This document shows positions 61,348-64,000 of a stretch of 64,000 nucleotides of DNA, in pieces. The notes under the pieces were generated by a model. That model made no database searches. It was not told the DNA's origin and saw only the letters and a program-made list of their open reading frames with translations. Position numbers and translations under genes: made by a program. The first letter of the stretch is position 1. Each line of letters begins with the position of its first letter. This DNA comes from Camelus ferus (taxonomy: Eukaryota), in NCBI RefSeq assembly GCF_009834535.1, contig NC_045697.1, positions 53,074,001 to 53,138,000 on the forward strand, read 5' to 3'.

Positions 61348-62600
61348 CCTTACAGTTACCCCTGAAAGGAAGCACAATGGCTGATCAGCATTTCTTTTTT
61401 ATAGTATTATTGGGGAAGTGTCCTATGGTTTGTTGTATGATATAGTGCAGTAATACTTAAGAAATTTACCTCATCTTATTTTGGATGCAGTATTAATATT
61501 GGTAGGTTTATAACATTTAACTATAAATGGTGAAATTAATTTTAACTTTTGACATGTAAATGGCAAAAAACTGTTCAGAAAGCATTTATGCAGTAGAAGC
61601 CTTTATGACTAAGATTTTGGCTTTCAGAAGTTACCACTTTGAAATGGACACTTATTTGGGTTTGAACAACTTGATATTTTTAAATAGTGGTTACATTACT
61701 TTGTACACTTCTGCAGACATATATGAGATATTAATTTTTAACTACAGCATATGTTTTAAATTTAATTTCTTGGCATATCTCAAAAGAAAGAAAGAAAAAG
61801 AATCATCCTGGTAGATACAATTTAAAGAAAAATTATCACATAATATAAATCCTAGTTTTAATAACATTCTACTAAGTTGTTTTAGTCCATAATAAGTGGT
61901 CTTGAATAACGGCTAAAAATTAATATATGGTACGTCAAAGACCTGGGCTGAGAAAAGAGAGGTGTCCAAGTATCGCATTCTCAATTAGCTCAAAATTGAC
62001 AAAATATTTGAAGTACATGTTAGCTTGGGTTATGGGAAAGCAACTCCATGCGCCTTTGTGCAGAATAGTTTTCTGACAGTCATCTCTGCCTATCGGTTGA
62101 GTATGTTGGCTGAACAGTCAGTCTGAATCTTAGAATGATCTTAGGACAAAATTTCACTGAATATTCAATTATATGTTCATATGATTATATTTTTAGGATC
62201 ACTTTTCCTATGACACATTCTTATCAGAAGCTTTGAAAAACAAATCCAAAGAAATAATAAAAATGCATTGTAGAACAATTCTCTCAGAGTACATCTGATA
62301 GTATTTTGGTTACTATGAAGCTCAAAAACCATTAAGGTTCATCAGAAAGAATAGTTGATTGTGTAATTGGATAAATTAATTGTCCTAAGTGCTCTAAATA
62401 AATACTTTCTTCTGACATATAGAATTTCTAAAAATGTAATGCATTTTATGGCTAAACAAATTTTATATAAGACATGTATTATTCTTTTGGTAAAAGTGAA
62501 TGTACTAGAAAAAGTCCATAAAAATTGGTATCTTTGAAAGTCTGAGAAAAATTTAGGTTTTGAAATGAAAATTCTTTGGTTCATATTTTCATGTACTTAC

Positions 62601-62687
62601 CGTTGTATTAGGAGCCTTCTCAGGGCTGATTATTCTGCTGGTCAGAATGACTCCTGCCAGTTACTTCTTGGAAGGTGACAAATGGAG
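62601..62687 (-). other. Non-coding exon 1 of the SMR3-like gene (5' end approximate)
   Basis: Donor AACG|gtaagta at 62601. The sequence ggcaggagtcattctgaccagcagaataatca resembles the SMR3 5' UTR as recalled. Confidence 0.75.
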
Positions 62688-62709
62688 GACAAGAACAAGA
62701 AATCTCAGC

Positions 62710-62718
62710 TTTTATATA
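62710..62718 (-). promoter_or_regulatory. TATA box (TATATAAAA) of the SMR3-like gene
   Basis: Consensus TATA directly upstream of exon 1. Confidence 0.75.
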
Positions 62719-64000
62719 AATGCAATGGGTTTCTAGTAATAATAAGGAAAAGGCAACTGGAAGATAAAATAACTTCTGGGTTGATGTTCTTTAAACAAAG
62801 AGAGGAAAGTCATTGTTGCCAATTTGGCAATCTTTTTCTGCATGTATTTTTTTTTTTTTTCATTTCTGATGAGCTTTGACCCATTCAGTATTTGGTGTTT
62901 CCTGAGGAAACATACCTTATACAATGAATCACAATGTCCTTTTGTCTCAATAAAAATAGTCTGGAGTTTGTCTCAATAAAGATAGTGCCTCTTTAGTTTA
63001 AAGAAAAAGTACAAGGTGTTCTATTTTAAGTAATTTTAATGGGTCATCTTTTGTTACGTGTTACTATTACCGTATTTCCTATTTTATCTAAAATTTAACT
63101 ATGTTATGTGGGAAATTAAAAAATCAAATTATTTTAAAATTAAACTCTGACATGATCTAGAGATAATTTGGGGGGAAAATCTAGAATTAAAATGAGAAAT
63201 CATTATTAAATAGACGTTGCTAAATACCACACACATCACTGTGACCAATTTTACACACCGAGCATCTCGAATACATTGTTTGACTCTTTGGAACACTAGA
63301 CTCTGTCTTGTGTGTTTTGTGTTTCTATTCTTTTTTCAGTTGAGATGATGAAATTGTATTACTCTTTTGTGCTTGGGCGTTTCTACATGTCTGATCCTAT
63401 ATGTTTTTTCTCTCATTTACTTACCATTGGTTTAGTTGAGTAAAAGTTTTGAGGGATTTGAAAAATGAGTACTTGGATTAGGATTTTGATCTAAGTTTTT
63501 GAAATGGCAAGAAAGAAAAATCTAGTGGTGGAAGGGGGAGAAAAGTCAGAAGATTCGTGCAGTTCTCGATCTTAACTGTATTTTAATTCTCTGTAACTGT
63601 TTCAAGGTATTTAAGTTATTTAAAAGATTCTTAAATGGACATTTTAAAGGAAGCATCCTTTTATCAATGAAGAACTGAAACAGTGGTCTGAGGGAGCGTT
63701 CTAAAGGTCTGCTGGTGCTCGCCATTATTAGGTTGAGAAATCTCATGGCAGGATGGCATGAGTTCTGTTATCACCTCTGCTTTATATACACCCGGGCACT
63801 AATGAACCTAAGTCTCCTGACTTCAAGTCCTGAATTCTGACTTAAGCAGGATTCCACGTTGTTTCCCAAATCTACATAACCTTCATAAATTTACTAACAT
63901 TCAATGTTTTAGTATGCTGTAGAGATTAATCAAGTGAATTTATAGTCAGGTCATTTTACTTCAAAGGCCAGTACCAGTATTTATTTGCTGGGTGATATCA

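Overview
Mammalian genomic DNA, probably a camelid (inferred only from the style of the L1 3' ends), covering the salivary part of the SCPP gene cluster. All genes lie on the minus strand in the human order SMR3 -> PROL1/OPRPN -> MUC7. Three intact genes were reconstructed by hand. Each has a TATA-driven non-coding exon 1, an exon 2 with exactly 54 coding nt (18-aa signal peptide, phase-0 intron) and one large exon 3. (1) An SMR3-like gene of about 214 aa has gained six young 14-aa Thr-rich repeats. (2) A PROL1/OPRPN-like gene has grown into a ~1618-aa protein: a ~490-aa cationic Pro/Arg/Gly 13-aa repeat domain (GTKGRLPRPPSPP, with Cys cassettes), then a ~1110-aa acidic Thr-rich mucin domain, followed by ~1.7 kb of frameshifted fossil mucin sequence in the 3' UTR. 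(3) MUC7 is about 257 aa, with few repeats and no Cys in the mature chain. Between PROL1 and MUC7 lies a fourth, decayed mucin-like gene with a start-less signal exon and a multiply frameshifted PTS exon. The four neighbours use unrelated repeat units, so the window looks like a snapshot of mucin birth, growth, truncation and death. The remainder is ordinary intronic and intergenic DNA with L1 (including a nested insertion), ERVL/MaLR, L2, MIR and DNA-transposon relics. All homology calls come from my recollection of the human proteins, not from a database search.
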